Positions 23,656-36,215 of a stretch of DNA of 64,000 bases are shown here, in pieces. The notes beneath the pieces were generated by a model that was given only the letters and a program-made list of their open reading frames with translations, did not search any database and was not told where the DNA came from. Every line of letters begins with the position of its first letter. The stretch's first letter is position 1. The position numbers were made by a program, and so were the translations under genes. This DNA is from Felis catus (Eukaryota), in NCBI RefSeq assembly GCF_018350175.1, contig NC_058368.1, positions 204,788,001-204,852,000 of the forward strand, read 5' to 3'.

Positions 23656-25918
23656 GTGAACTGCTCACCAGGTCAGTTTCCATGACAGGAACCCCAGCGA
23701 GTTGCAGCTGCTGTTGCTGTCAGACCTGTCCCACTATGGTATAGCTTTCCCACTTGAATCCCTTACTGTAATTGGGGGACTGGGAGGTATTGGCATTGGG
23801 TTCTGAGACTATTTGGTATATGGCTCTAATTCACTTATTACCCTTATCTCACTGTACTTGATCTGGGTTATAGACACAAACCAGAGGGCTTTTTTGTTTT
23901 GTTTTGTTTTTGGTTCATGATATATTTATTGAGCAACTGTTTTGTGCAAGGCAGTATGCTAGGCATTGGGATATGGTGGTGAACACACTAACACAGGCCT
24001 CAAGGTTCATTTCTTTCTATCCCCTAAATGGGTCTTTAGCCTCCGATCAATGTATCTGCTTGCCATCTGGCATATTCCTGATTCTAGATCTTTGCCTCAT
24101 TCTTCTTTCTTTCTTCAGAATGGGGAGAAGATCAGAGGTAATTCCCATTTTTAGAGCAAGGATAGTACTTCAGGAAATGAAATAATGTACATAAACTACT
24201 TAACAGAATGTCTGGCACATAGTAAGTATTAGTAATTATTTATATACTAGTACGTATTTATTACAATTAACTCTCAATTAATGACATTTATTATTTTTGC
24301 TACTTATCTGATAGTTACTTGTGCCCTATACTGTATGTTGCACTATTTAGTTTGCATGTGTTTCCATTCTTGCCCCCTCAATTAGACTGCAAGTCCTTTG
24401 AAAGTAGAAACCACACGTTATCCTTTCTAACCCTGCATACACAGGCCCTCAGTAAATATCTGTAATATGATGCTTCTCTGACTTTTTATTCTAACAACCC
24501 CTCTTTTGATGTGTACCTGTCTGATTATAGGTATGTTCATTAACAGAGCGTCTTGGTGGTAGGTCACGTACATCCTATAGATCTATTTGTCGCATTTAGA
24601 TACAATAAAAACAACAACAACAATAACAACAACAGAAAACTTTGACACAGCTTCGCTCAGATACCTGATTCAAAAGGTTTAAATTCATTTTCTGAAGGCC
24701 AGCTTTGGAAAGAAATTGTTGGAGCTCTGCTCTGTGGCTAACACGGGACCAGCTCCAAGAATTATTTCGCAGTGGAAAATGGAAGCTCTACCCAACAGTG
24801 AATGGAGACGGGTAAGGTGACAATCCATCACAGACACGTACCTTGGCAGCAAGGTACCTGATGCTTGTTTTTTTGCACTTTGTCCTTTTCCTTATGCCTT
24901 CTGTAGTTCTTGGCTCCAGTGAGAAGCAACCTTTATGGGTGCCGAAGCTCACTTCTAAATCTAACTTCAGTTAGAGTTTCCAAAATGGACAATTTACAAG
25001 CAGAGTCAAAACAGTCAATCAAGTCACATAACATCCACTTAAAGGGGAAAATTATACTGGGTGTAAAAAAAAAAAAAACTTATGACATTTTTCTGGAAGG
25101 AACATGCTGAAACTGAAAAGTAGGTACATTTCTTTGTAGCTCTAGGGCAGGCAAAGTCTTACAGCGTAGAATCTAAGTTTTGTTTCCTTGCACGAATTAT
25201 GTTTAATGTGATGATGACATGACATAAGGAAAAATCAAAAGCCTTATTGATAGTCCACATGTGGCCCCTGCTCTGGCCATAGACACTTTGCACAGTGAGT
25301 CTTTGTGGCGGCCTGAAGGGGCACCCTGCCCATAGGTTTTCTGGCGGGACAGGGACACTGTATGGCTTTAAGTGTTCCCTGATCGAATGTGGGAAAAGAA
25401 GCAGCTAGCCAAATTCTGAACAGAGTTTTTATTGTGCTGTGGCCAGGAGGTGAGGGGGAGGGAGAAGGACAGGAGCCCCACACAACTTCTGCCCTGCTCT
25501 ACTTTCTGGTGGATGTAAGTTAAAGGGACTGAAAGGGACACCTTTGGGTAGATGGGGCAAAGGAAAATCAGGGCCCTTATAGAGTTCAAGTTTAGGATCT
25601 GTAGCAAATGCAACAAGTATACATATATTTATATTATTTAATTCACATCTATATTTACTTTACATTTACATTTAATTTACATTTATATTTAATGAATGTC
25701 CTAGCAGGAGCTGGTGCAACTGGAAGAGCAACTGAGATCCCAAAGGAATCTTATCAGCCCCCTGCCCTAAATTGCAAAATCCCAATTGCCTAATTTCCTT
25801 TTAATAGAAGGACTACGTAGGGAAAAGGAATCTATAGAAGCTAGAAATGGTGGGGCCACCAACCTCATTTCAAACGAAGACCCCAACAGGACATTTCTCT
25901 TTCCAAAGAATACCATCA

Positions 25919-26121
25919 GGGGCACCCGCCTGGGTGGCTCAGATGGTGAGGCGTTCCGACTCTTGATTTTGGCTCAGGTCATAGCTCATGGTTTGTGAGC
26001 TCGAGCCCCGCATTAGGCTCTGTGCTGGCAGAACCTGCTTGGGATTCTCTCTCTCCCTCTCTCTCTGCCCTTCCACCCCCCCCCACCTCTCAAAATAAAT
26101 AAACTTAAAAAAAGAAAAAAA
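25919..26121 (+). mobile_element. Older Can-SINE
   Basis: cctgggtggctcag head, (CT)n, aataaa tail; degenerate TSD aaagaata(c/a)cat. Confidence 0.93.
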
Positions 26122-27053
26122 AAAGAATAACATAAAAAAAAAAAACTCCTCTGGAAATTATACTCTAGTTTTGGGTTCTTAGGAGTTGTCGTCCCAGAAT
26201 CTTCTTTTATTCCTGCATCTTTTAAGCCCTGCCTGAATGACTGACTCCACTTCTAGTTTCTTCTCTTTTGAATCCACTTCAGCTATACTTCTGACCCTTT
26301 CCTTCCACTAAACCTGTTCTTATCAAACCCAAAGCTCTCTTCTCAGTTCTCAGATTTCTCAACTTTTCAGATGCATTTGATTTAGTGGTACCATTGCCTT
26401 TTAAAGACATGTTCTTTTGCCTAGTTTTATGATGCCAAATTTGCTTGTTTTCCTTTTTATCTCTCTGGCTGCTCTTTCTTGGTCCCCTTTCTTGGCTTCT
26501 CTTTCTCCTTATTGTGTTGCAGACTCTGCTTCCAGAGCCTTCCCCCTCCCACCACCCCTCAAGGCATATCTCATCAAGTCTCATGGTTTTAAACATCATC
26601 TATATACTGATGGTTCTGTAATGGTTTCTATCTTCAGCCTGAGCCTCTCCACTGAACTCCAGACTCTACTCAGCCTCTTTGGCATCTTCACTAGATATTC
26701 AATATTCAATATTCTCAATCAAAACACGGAACTCTTGATAATTCCTAACAAAACCTGATCCTTCTCAACTTATCATTCTCTCTGTAAACTATGTTACCAT
26801 CTAACCTGGTACTTAAGCCAAAAACCTGGAAGTCATTTTTGTTTCTTCATTTTCCCTAACTCCTACCCCCCAGTTCAGCCCATCAACAAGTTATGTCAAT
26901 TCCATCTCAATTCAATTCTCTCCATCTCCTTTGCTATTTTTTATAGTTCAAGCTCCCAACATCTCTTTCCTGGACTATCAGCTTCCCACCCAGTCTTCCC
27001 ACCTCCCCTTTGTTACCTTTCAATTAACCACTAAAACATTTCACAGAGTGACC

Positions 27054-27331
27054 ATTTAGTTATTTATTTATTTATTTATTTATTTATTATTTTTATTTTT
27101 ATTTTTTTTTCAACATTTATTTTTTTTTGGGACAGAGAGAGACAGAGCATGAACGGGGGAGGGGCAGAGAGAGAGGGAGACACAGAATCGGAAACAGGCT
27201 CCAGGCTCTGAGCCATCAGCCCAGAGCCTGACGCGGGGCTCGAACTCCCAGACCGCGAGATCGTGACCTGGCTGAAGTCGGACGCTTAACCGACTGTACC
27301 ACCCAGGCGCCCCTATTATTTTTATTTTTTT

Positions 27332-27377
<46 letters not shown>

Positions 27378-27503
27378 AGCCGGGGAGAGGGAGAGAATCT
27401 TAAGTGGGCTCCTGGCCTGATGCAAGGCTCAATCTCAGGACCCCAGAATCATGACCTGAGCAAAAATCAAGAGTTGGACACTCAATCGACGGAGCCACGC
27501 TCC
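27054..27503 (-). mobile_element. Older Can-SINE hosting a young SINE in its tail
   Basis: (GA)n, atcatgacctgagcaaaaatcaagagt; TSD cacag(a/g)gtgacc (27042-27053/27504-27515); (TATT)n tail. Confidence 0.9.
27101..27313 (-). mobile_element. Young felid SINE (SINEC_Fc-like), nested
   Basis: Near-consensus body; TSD tattatttttattttt (27085-27100/27314-27329). Confidence 0.97.
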
Positions 27504-27625
27504 CACAGGGTGACCTTTTAAAACCATAAATCAGATCATGCTACTTCACTGTCTAAAATTCTTCAATGGCTTGGTGTGTATACAGAGTAAGTCCAAACTC
27601 TTTATAATGGCACTAAGATCCCTTA

Positions 27626-28101
27626 TGTAGTAAATATGGCTGGTTGCCTTTCCAGACTGCCTTTCTCCTTCTTCTTTCCTAACAGAATCTTAATTTTATT
27701 CAGGAGCCCTTCCTCTGCAAGCAGCTCATGTACCTCAAGGGAAGCTGACCCAACCCCTGCACTCTAAGCAGGTGTAAGAGGGTGGAGGGTCACTCCCATA
27801 TGCTTCAGAAGTCAAGAAAGAGGATGTGGCCCAAAGGGAATCTTACTGAGGGGATTAAAGAAAATTTAAGGGAAAAAACGTTACAGTATGCCATAATCTC
27901 CTTGCTTTATCTACTTCAACCCAAGCCCAAAGATGAAGTTGATACACCTAAGACAGCAAAGACAAAACTCTTGGAAAAGAACTTTGGAGTCACTGGATTT
28001 AGTCAATCTACCTCTGGTTTTCTAGTTAAATGTATGAGTTTTCTTGTTCTTTAAATCCGTTTGAATTATGCTTCCTGTCACCTGCTCCTGATCCTAATAC
28101 A
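27626..28101 (+). mobile_element. Old MaLR solo LTR (MLT1J/K/L-like)
   Basis: ttcctaacagaatcttaattttattcagg...ggaagctgaccc...tacctctggttttctagtta...gtttgaattatgcttcctgtcacctgc...ctaataca. Confidence 0.65.
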
Positions 28102-28754
28102 TTTCAAGAGTAGCCTCCTGCTTTCCACTTTTACTTCTTATACCAATGTCTTCTAATCATTATACTCCAGCTCTGAAACTTGCTCAACTAATTCAGTCCC
28201 AGCTCTTGCTGTCCCTTGCACCTAAATGACCTGTGCGTGATTGAGGTCTCAGCTCAAATGGTATCTTCCCAGGGATGCTTTCTCTGATCAAATAATTTGA
28301 AAGAGGTATCTGCAGTCACTTGTGGGACAACACAGTTTTATTTTCTTCAGAGCCCTTATTTATCTTTGTGTTATTTTATTCATTTAGTTGTATTCTTGAT
28401 TGTTTTCCTGTTTTTTCCCCCATGAGAATATAAGGCCTGAAAAAGCAAGAATCTACTTTCCTGGCACAAAATAAGCATTCTATAAATATTTGCTGAATGG
28501 ATAAATACATGAATGAAGCCCTTGGCCCTGTAATAGTTGGAACTTTACCTACTTCCTGTTTGTTACCTTATCTGCAACAAATTTAAAAGTTGTAGGCTAT
28601 GTGTTCTACAGATGCACCTGTAAGTGTTTTCCTGGAAACTTGATGACAATTCCTTAAAATCAGCAACAGATAAGTGGTTGCTAATTTGCTTAGCTGGGCA
28701 TAAAGGGCTGTAAAGCAGGAAGAAGCTTTGAATGCAAATAGTTGGTCATCTAAA

Positions 28755-29140
28755 GAGTAGCTACTATCTTTTCCCCATCTCCAGCAATGGCACCATCACT
28801 GTTTTCTTGGACTCTTAGGCTTAAAATTTTGGACTTGTCTACAACTCCTCCTTTTCCTGCTAGTTGTCAGAACATGATGTTGGTTCTTTCTTTCCTTTAT
28901 GGATTTCCTAGGCTCTTCCCTTCCTCTCCTTCCCTCTTAACACTTCCCTAATGAGGCCTTTTTCTTCACTCATGCCTTACTCCAAAGTCTTGTGTTATCT
29001 CTGTCTGGATCAAGGATTCCAGTCCATTCTTTGTATGCTTGCTGGATTAATCTTCCTAAAATACCATTTGCATTCTGCTATGTCCCTGCTTATGAACTCA
29101 ACTGGCACCCTAAGTCCAAATTCTTCAGTCCAGCATTTAA
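28755..29140 (+). mobile_element. L2 fragment
   Basis: aatggcaccatc...cttaggcttaaaattttggac...ccagtccattc...gattaatcttcctaaaatac. Confidence 0.6.
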
Positions 29141-29152
29141 AGCATTTCTTCA

Positions 29153-29368
29153 GGGGTGCCTGGGTGGCTTAGTTGGTTAAGCATCTAACTTTTAAGCTCA
29201 GGTCAGGATCTCATGGTTCATGGGTTCGAGCCCTGTGTCAGGCTCTGTGCTGTCAGTGAGGAGCCTGTTTGGGATTCTCTGTCACCCCCTCTCTCTGCCC
29301 CTGTCCCACGGGCATGTGTACTCTCTCAAAATAAATAAATAAATAAGCTTAAAAGATATTTAAAAAAA
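29153..29368 (+). mobile_element. Can-SINE
   Basis: ggggtgcctgggtggc head; TSD taaagcatttctt (29138-29150/29369-29381). Confidence 0.95.
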
Positions 29369-30254
29369 TAAAGCATTTCTTTAGAAGGCTCTGCTCTACT
29401 CCTCCAACTCCTGTCTCACAACTTGTGAATGCAAACAGATGCCTCAGACAAGACAGTGCCCTTATGATCATTAGCCTGTGTTCTCTCTTCTATCTTCTTA
29501 ACTTTTTTCTCTTTATCTTTTCCTGCTGAACGTTTCCATCTTTCCCTTCCTAGCAAAATCTCCAACTCCTTGCAATACACCCCTCCTTTCTAAAACCTCT
29601 CATAATTGGCTTTATTCCAACAACTGTTGACATTTCATCCTTCCCCTTGAACTGGCCACTGAAGTTCTCCATCAGTAATTTTTCTTGAAAAGATTGCTGA
29701 GGAGGAACATGGAATGCAAACTATTTGTATACAGTTACTATCATTAGGATGATCTCTCCAAACAGGAAAATGTGACCCAAGTGTATGCTATAAATGAGTA
29801 GCATAACAGTGTTAGAGGACACAGAGACTTCCAAAAAAGTTCTTGAAGTCACATTGGAATGTGGACTATTTGGAATACTTATTTCCAATAAATAGAATCT
29901 ATCCAAAGCTTCTAGGAAATAATTTACATTGTTTTCCTTCCTTGGACATCTTCCTACCATAGACTGGCACAAATCAGTATATTTTAGAAATATGCCAATT
30001 TATAGCCACATAATTTTCTTTAATTAAAACCAACTAAGTGTATTTTTTTTTTCAAATTTTTACTTCTGTAGTGTGGTTTTAGTAGGTAACTTCCTGTTTC
30101 TTCAGCTTAACCACAATACCCATGTATATTCATGACCAGTGGCACGTATGAAGGTAAATGAATGGTATGTCCATATTTCTGAAAATGTCTTCTCTACACC
30201 CATTTCTTGATGATCACAAATATTGGGATGACAAACTGATTACATATAATCATT

Positions 30255-30860
30255 TCAGTCAAGGCATTGCCTAAATGCCTCGCTCTTTGCTAGGTTCTGT
30301 GGGCTCAGGAAAAGTGTTGAAGACATGATTCCTGGGCTTCGAAATTACAGTCTAGTCGGGGAGCAAAACTAACAGAGCAGATGCTACCAGAGGTTCCTAA
30401 GGCCTAAAATGTTTAGAAGTCATTGATGAACAAGGAGTTTGAGAAGTCGGAGAGCAGCACAATCAAGAGAAACTTGATAATTTTTAGTGTAAGTAATGGG
30501 ACTAAAATTGATTGTGAAAGCTTGGAGAATGGAGGATGCAGATAGACGGCCAAATGAGGGAAATCACATGCCTCAGGGAAATGATAAAAGGGCAAGACTG
30601 GCTTGTAGCTGCATTGCTAGGGACAGGTACAGCCATGATGAGAGGGGGTGTGTCTGGGAGGAGAAGGAGGAAAAGCTGGATATTCAGTATGGAGCCAGAT
30701 GGCCTCAAAACACAGACTTCAAGCATCTGGCAACAGGGAAGCCACAAAGAGTCTTGACCTACAGTGTGGTGGGACAAAAGGGCTGTTTTAGGAAGTGGCA
30801 CTCTTCAGCTGCATGCCTGAGGAATTGAGGAATCTAAGGGACTCTTACAATGGCCCAGGA
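30255..30860 (-). mobile_element. L2 fragment(s)
   Basis: Antisense tail (ctttgctaggttctgtggg...attacagtctagtcggggag) and body (aacagggaagccacaaagag; tttaggaagtggcactct). Confidence 0.5.
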
Positions 30861-31927
30861 ATAACCTCTGGAAGTACTAAGGTCATATCCATTATTTTCT
30901 GTTGTTCCTACTTGTTCAGAAGACCTTGACAAAATAAGGCTTTCCACATGACTTAACTTCTATGTGAAAGTTTCCTTTTCCATATCTCCTGCCAAGTCTC
31001 CTAAGAGCCATCCCCCTAGCTTGCCTCCTTCAGTGGATGATGACTTCCTCTTCAGTACCCCTCTCACCCTCATGACCATTAAGTGCTAAAACATATAAGT
31101 GATCCTAAATTTGTGCTTGCTAAAACATCAAACCCAGCCGTATCCAAAAATTAATAAAAATGTTCATTTCTTGTTGAGAAATAAAAGTAAAATGTTATAA
31201 ATTTCTATCAAATGTTCCCCACCTCCCTGCAGTGTAGGCTATGTCAAATTCCCCCTTTCTCTTGAGTTGGGGCTCCTGCAATGCCATGTTGGGAAGGTTC
31301 TAGAAAATTTCAACACTTCCACTTAATGGAATAATCTCATTCTGATATTAAAGACTCCATCTGTTCATTTTAAGATAGGGCTTCTCTGGCAGAAGAGGGA
31401 GTAGAAGGCCCAGGTCGGCCCTCTAAATACATTTATTTGCTTCCTCTCTGCAGAAGGCTGTGTGAAAAGCCTAAAAATTAAAAAATAAAACGAAATACCT
31501 GATTCAAATCATAATATTTCAGAGGTTATCTGTACAAATACTTGAAAATTTATGAGGTACTCGTAACAACAGAATAAAGCACTGTTTCTACTCATTCATT
31601 AAATCGACCCATGATGCCTGGTAACTTACTCTACCTAGCATGTGACTGGTATGACTGAAATATCCCTGCCCTCATGAAGGTTATATTCTATGGCTACCCT
31701 GTCAACAGTATCAACCTGGTTAAAAACGCTCAAGACAATATCTGTCTTGTGACTTCTTGAAAATAATCTAATTTCTTTAATGAGCAGAGAAATGAGACTG
31801 TGATGATGAAGAAAGTAGAGAATGAATTTGGAAAATAACTAAAATCTTAGTTAAACCTCCTTTAGTTATCTAACTCAGTATTCAACCAACACAGCCATAA
31901 GTTGTATATAAAAATGGTTTCTGGAGT

Positions 31928-32138
31928 GGGGCGCCTGGGTGGCTCAGTTGGTTAAGTGTCCAACTTCAGCTCAGGTCATGATCTTGCGGCTTGTGAGTTT
32001 GCACCCCGTGTCAGGCTCTGTGTTGATAGCTCAGAGCCTGGAGCCTACTTCTGATTGTGTCTCCCTATCTCTCTGTTCCTCCCCTGTTCACTCTCTCTCT
32101 CTCTCTTTCTCTCCCTCTCAAAAATTAATAAATATTAA
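31928..32138 (+). mobile_element. Can-SINE
   Basis: ggggcgcctgggtggctcag head; TSD aaaaatggtttctggag (31910-31926/32139-32155). Confidence 0.96.
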
Positions 32139-32974
32139 AAAAATGGTTTCTGGAGAATATGCAACGTATTAACCTAAGTAAATGTCCAGCATTATGTACT
32201 GAATGCGTATTTCTAACAAAGGTTCAAGTCTATATGGTGGGTTATTTATGCCTCTTCTACTTCTCTCTCAGTTAACAGCAGCACATCAGTGTATGTGCCC
32301 CAAAATATCCTTATTTTCTCTGTAGCATTTTTTGTTGTGGAGGTTAAAAAATCTTTGAGACACAGTCTTGAAAACTGGCCAGGTATAGAGATCGTGTGAA
32401 GCAGGTATGAATTTTCTGCAAAGTCATCAGCATGTGAAGAATGACACATTATTATACTTCTCTAAAACTGATTTGAGCGTGACTCTGACATCCCCAACTC
32501 TTACCAAGTTGGTGGGATATTCAATTCAATTCCCTCTCCTGAGTTGAGAAAGGTCTTTGGCAATCTTATTCAGAGACAAATATTTACAAAAACAAAATTC
32601 ATTGTCTTTCTCTTTCTTCCCTTCAGGTCCCAACTCTCCTTAACTCCAAAGATGCTCACCTCTCTCCCCAGTATTTATAAACAAACCTAGGAAGAAAAGT
32701 CCTGTTCTAGACCTGCAAATCCCCGGGAGCCAAGAGAATGTGAAGACTTGGCTGTCTTTCGGAATGGGAGCTGGAACAAAACACAAATTAATGCATCAAT
32801 AAATGCTCCTGTCACATTTGAAATGTTAAGTGGCCAGTGTTAACCTTTCATTCTTACAAAATGACTCAGAAGTGTTGAAAGGCAGCAATTTTGAGTCATT
32901 AATTCCTTGGAATTGTAACCTAGACTAGAGTAGGAATTTGTGTTCATGCAAAACTGTTCTCTATGTCTTAGAGA

Positions 32975-33145
32975 GCTTGCTACTCTGGGATCTGTGCTCT
33001 TTGGACCAGCAGCGTCAGCATCACATGGGTGGGGGCTTGTGAGAAGGGCAGAAACGCCGGCCCCACCCCAGCCTTCAAAATAAGAATCTGCATTTTAACA
33101 AGTTTCCCAGGTGATTCATATGCACATGAAAGTTTTAGAAGCACT
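32975..33145. mobile_element. MER5A (hAT-Charlie MITE)
   Basis: ggaccagcagcgtcagcatcac...gaatctgcattttaacaagtttcccaggtgattcatatgcacatgaaagttttagaagcact. Confidence 0.85.
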
Positions 33146-34064
33146 TCTTTAAGTGTTTTTCCTCCTGTTTTTTCTTTTCTACTTCTCAAACACTAGGCAT
33201 AATCTTTGCATTGCTTAGGGATCCCCCCAAAATGTTCCAAATGGGTAATGAAAATTAAGCTTTTGAAAAGCGCTTCCTTCTGTTCTGCAACCCTTGGATG
33301 AAAACTGTGTCAGAACATCTGGGATTAGGTAATCGATAGACTTTCAATGGAAAAGTCCATTCCAATTTTCTTCTAGATGGAACAAGGCATAGTTACACTC
33401 TGGTTCTGTTCACGCTGCTAATTCTACTAAATTGTGTATGGAGGGACTTCCAAGCTGGGATCTCTACACTGTAATTTGAGAAATGAAAGACCAGCATTTG
33501 GTCCGGGTTCCAAACACAGCTTACCGACTGCTTACTACAGAGGGCAAGAAAAATGCCCTTTGAGCCAGGGTACAAGTAGTTTTCAAAAGTCATTTGACTT
33601 GCAAAAATTCTATTTGGCCTATAAAATTTACACTTGGCTTAACCATTTACACTGTGCAATGCCAGCTTATTTTCCAACCAGATATCCCCTTCTCTGAATG
33701 TCCCTAACTTTAATATGCCAAGGATCAAGAACCAGTTTGTCCCTACTCCCCACCCCCAGTGGAGATTAGACAAGGAAAACAGATTAGATTAACATTTCTT
33801 TTTTTTTCTTTTTTCTTTTTTCTTTTTTTTTTTTTTTATCATTTCCACATTTCATGACATTTAGGTACATCAGTCACTCACTCATTTGTTCATTTACATT
33901 TTTGTCCACTTTCAAGTAGCTATTTTTAAGGCAATTTTATGTCTTCAAGACAATGTCAAAATCAAATACCTGAAATAATTTACACATGTTTTTGAATGAT
34001 ACTCTCCAAATTACACAGCTTCCTATAATGATGCCTGGTAGAAAATGCCACCAAGAAATACTTG

Positions 34065-34440
34065 GCTCACTCATTTCCTAAATGTATTTATCAGGTGGTA
34101 ATTATCTGCCCAATCAGTTATCAAACACAGAATAAACAACGTGAGGCAAGGGTCATGGAAAGCAAATAGTATAAGACAAATCCCCATGCTTGAGTAGATT
34201 ACAGCTTCATTGGAGAAGCTTCACTGTCTCACACAGTGAGACAACTGCAAAGATGAGCCAGAATTAACAAAGCATTACTGGAGGGACTTCCAAAAACGCT
34301 GCCTGATAAGTCACTAACTAGGTCAGTGGTGTGGTCTGAAAGTTGGAGCAGTCTGGGAAACCTACATGGATAAAGTAGGACTTGAAGCAGAGCCTGGGGG
34401 ATGGCTAAGGTAGGAGTTACAGGAAAAGAAATGCCAAGAG
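34065..34440 (-). mobile_element. L2 3' fragment
   Basis: ctcactcatttcctaaatgtatttat...ataagacaaatccccatgcttgagtagattacag. Confidence 0.45.
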
Positions 34441-35984
34441 GGCACAGTCATAGATAATGTTATACACTTATTTTGACTTTGAAACAGCTTTATCTGAAAT
34501 AACTATAAAAAATAGAATTTCTCCTCTGGAAGAGCAATTTGGAAGCAAGGCTGGATTTGTAGAAGGTTCTCTCTGGATCTCAACATTATACAGACAGTAG
34601 AGGAGACTTAGAGGGCCACACTGCATGCTGGGTAGGCTGAGAATTTCAGACCAGGAACCATTACAACAATATTTGCGAGGCTTGGGACCCTGGAATCGGA
34701 TGGCAATCTCTGGAAGGTGCAGCTCTTCCTCTGAGAGCAGGTGCAGTTCTAATCTAAACCAGGAAGGATAAACAGCCTCCTAAATCTTCATTCAAGCAAA
34801 TATCTTGAGGTAAAATTCAATAGCCAAAAGTTTTATGATATCAAAAATCGAAAACAAATAATAACACATTAGAAAAATACTTGAGCAACAGTTACACAAC
34901 CTCAGAGACGTTCTGGTCTAGAATGTGGTTACCAAATACATCCTCGGTATGGTCTTTCCATTCTTCCCATTATTATTCCTCATCAGTTAATACTGCCTGA
35001 TGGAGTCACCATTTGACACAGCACTAGTAAGGCAAAGTCATTGCAAATTCTTGGCCTCTATCCGAGGAATGCTCAAAAAGTTGTTAAAAATCGAAGTGCC
35101 AGAAAATAGTTTTATCTTTATCTATGGGGCTGTGACTTGTGAAGGAACTAAAGAACAGTCAAGGGTTGTGGTGAGTTGCCAATACTAATCCTCCATGTGT
35201 GGCAAATCACCTATTATTGTGAAAATTATTAATATGTCAAAATTAAATGGCTTTCCTAGCAGGCTCACTGGCAAAACATTTCCAAGAAATGTTATGCCTA
35301 TAACTTTAGGTCAAATAAATGAGACAGCTCATCTTCCCAGAGACTTAAGTGAAATGCCTACTTTTTTTGAGTTTCCGTAAGTCATGATACTATAGAAAGG
35401 CCAAATTGATGTCTTTGCACCAAAACTATTTTTACAATGGGGCTAGAGTCGTTCATTCATCATTGAGGCAGAAGAGCTAATTCCATGTGTTTGTGTTACA
35501 GACTTTCTTTTTGGAAATTAAATACCTAAATTTGGTGATTTTTCAGTCAGCCTACTCTAAGGGAAGCAGGTAAACAACCATTTCTCTGGCATTTCACAAA
35601 TAGCCATATTAAAACCAATATACCAAGAATCTATAGGCATATTGCTGCTATTTGTGAACTTTAGTAAAGACATTCATGTTTTCATTGCATGTTTTACCAT
35701 ATCTGTTGCCTCCTTTTCCATTCTTATCTCTACTTTACCTCTAGCTTTTTGGCTCTTTATCATTCAGGATAATAATTTCTCATCTAAGTACAAAATTTCC
35801 TTCACCAAAAAAAAATCAAAATAATAAAAATAAATGTCTTTGTTGTATTTCATGTATCACCTCTCTAGCTTAGAACTTGGGCATTTTCAAAATTTTTAAT
35901 TCACAACAGGCAGAAATGAGGACGTTATGTGGCAACACTCTGCACAGTGCCTGGACACATAGATATTTAACATGGAATAATAAT

Positions 35985-36215
35985 ATTATGTTATTTAATA
36001 ACCACTTTCCATGGGCCAAACACCATGTTAAGCATGTTCTCATTCAGTTTGTGAGAAAAATCTCATGACACTATTATGCAAGTGCTCTTATCACCATCAT
36101 TTTAAAGACATGACTAGTGAGGTACAGGGAAGGTAAGTAACTCACCCCAAGTCACAAGGTGCTAAGTAACGGAAGTGAGATTTTAAGCCAGGCAGAGGGT
36201 CCAGAGTCACATGAG
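35985..36215 (-). mobile_element. MIR
   Basis: ttatcaccatcattttaaaga...gaggtacagggaaggtaagtaactcaccccaagtcaca. Confidence 0.7.

Larger units (their letters stand above)
26270..28517 (+). mobile_element. Long L2 remnant interrupted by two nested SINEs and an MLT1 LTR
   Basis: L2 ORF2/3' hallmarks (gcatttgatttagtggtacca; tctcatggttttaaacatcatctatatactgat; ctccactgaactccagact; aaacctggaagtcat; aaatcagatcatg; tail ataaatatttgctgaatggataaatacatgaatgaa). Confidence 0.8.
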
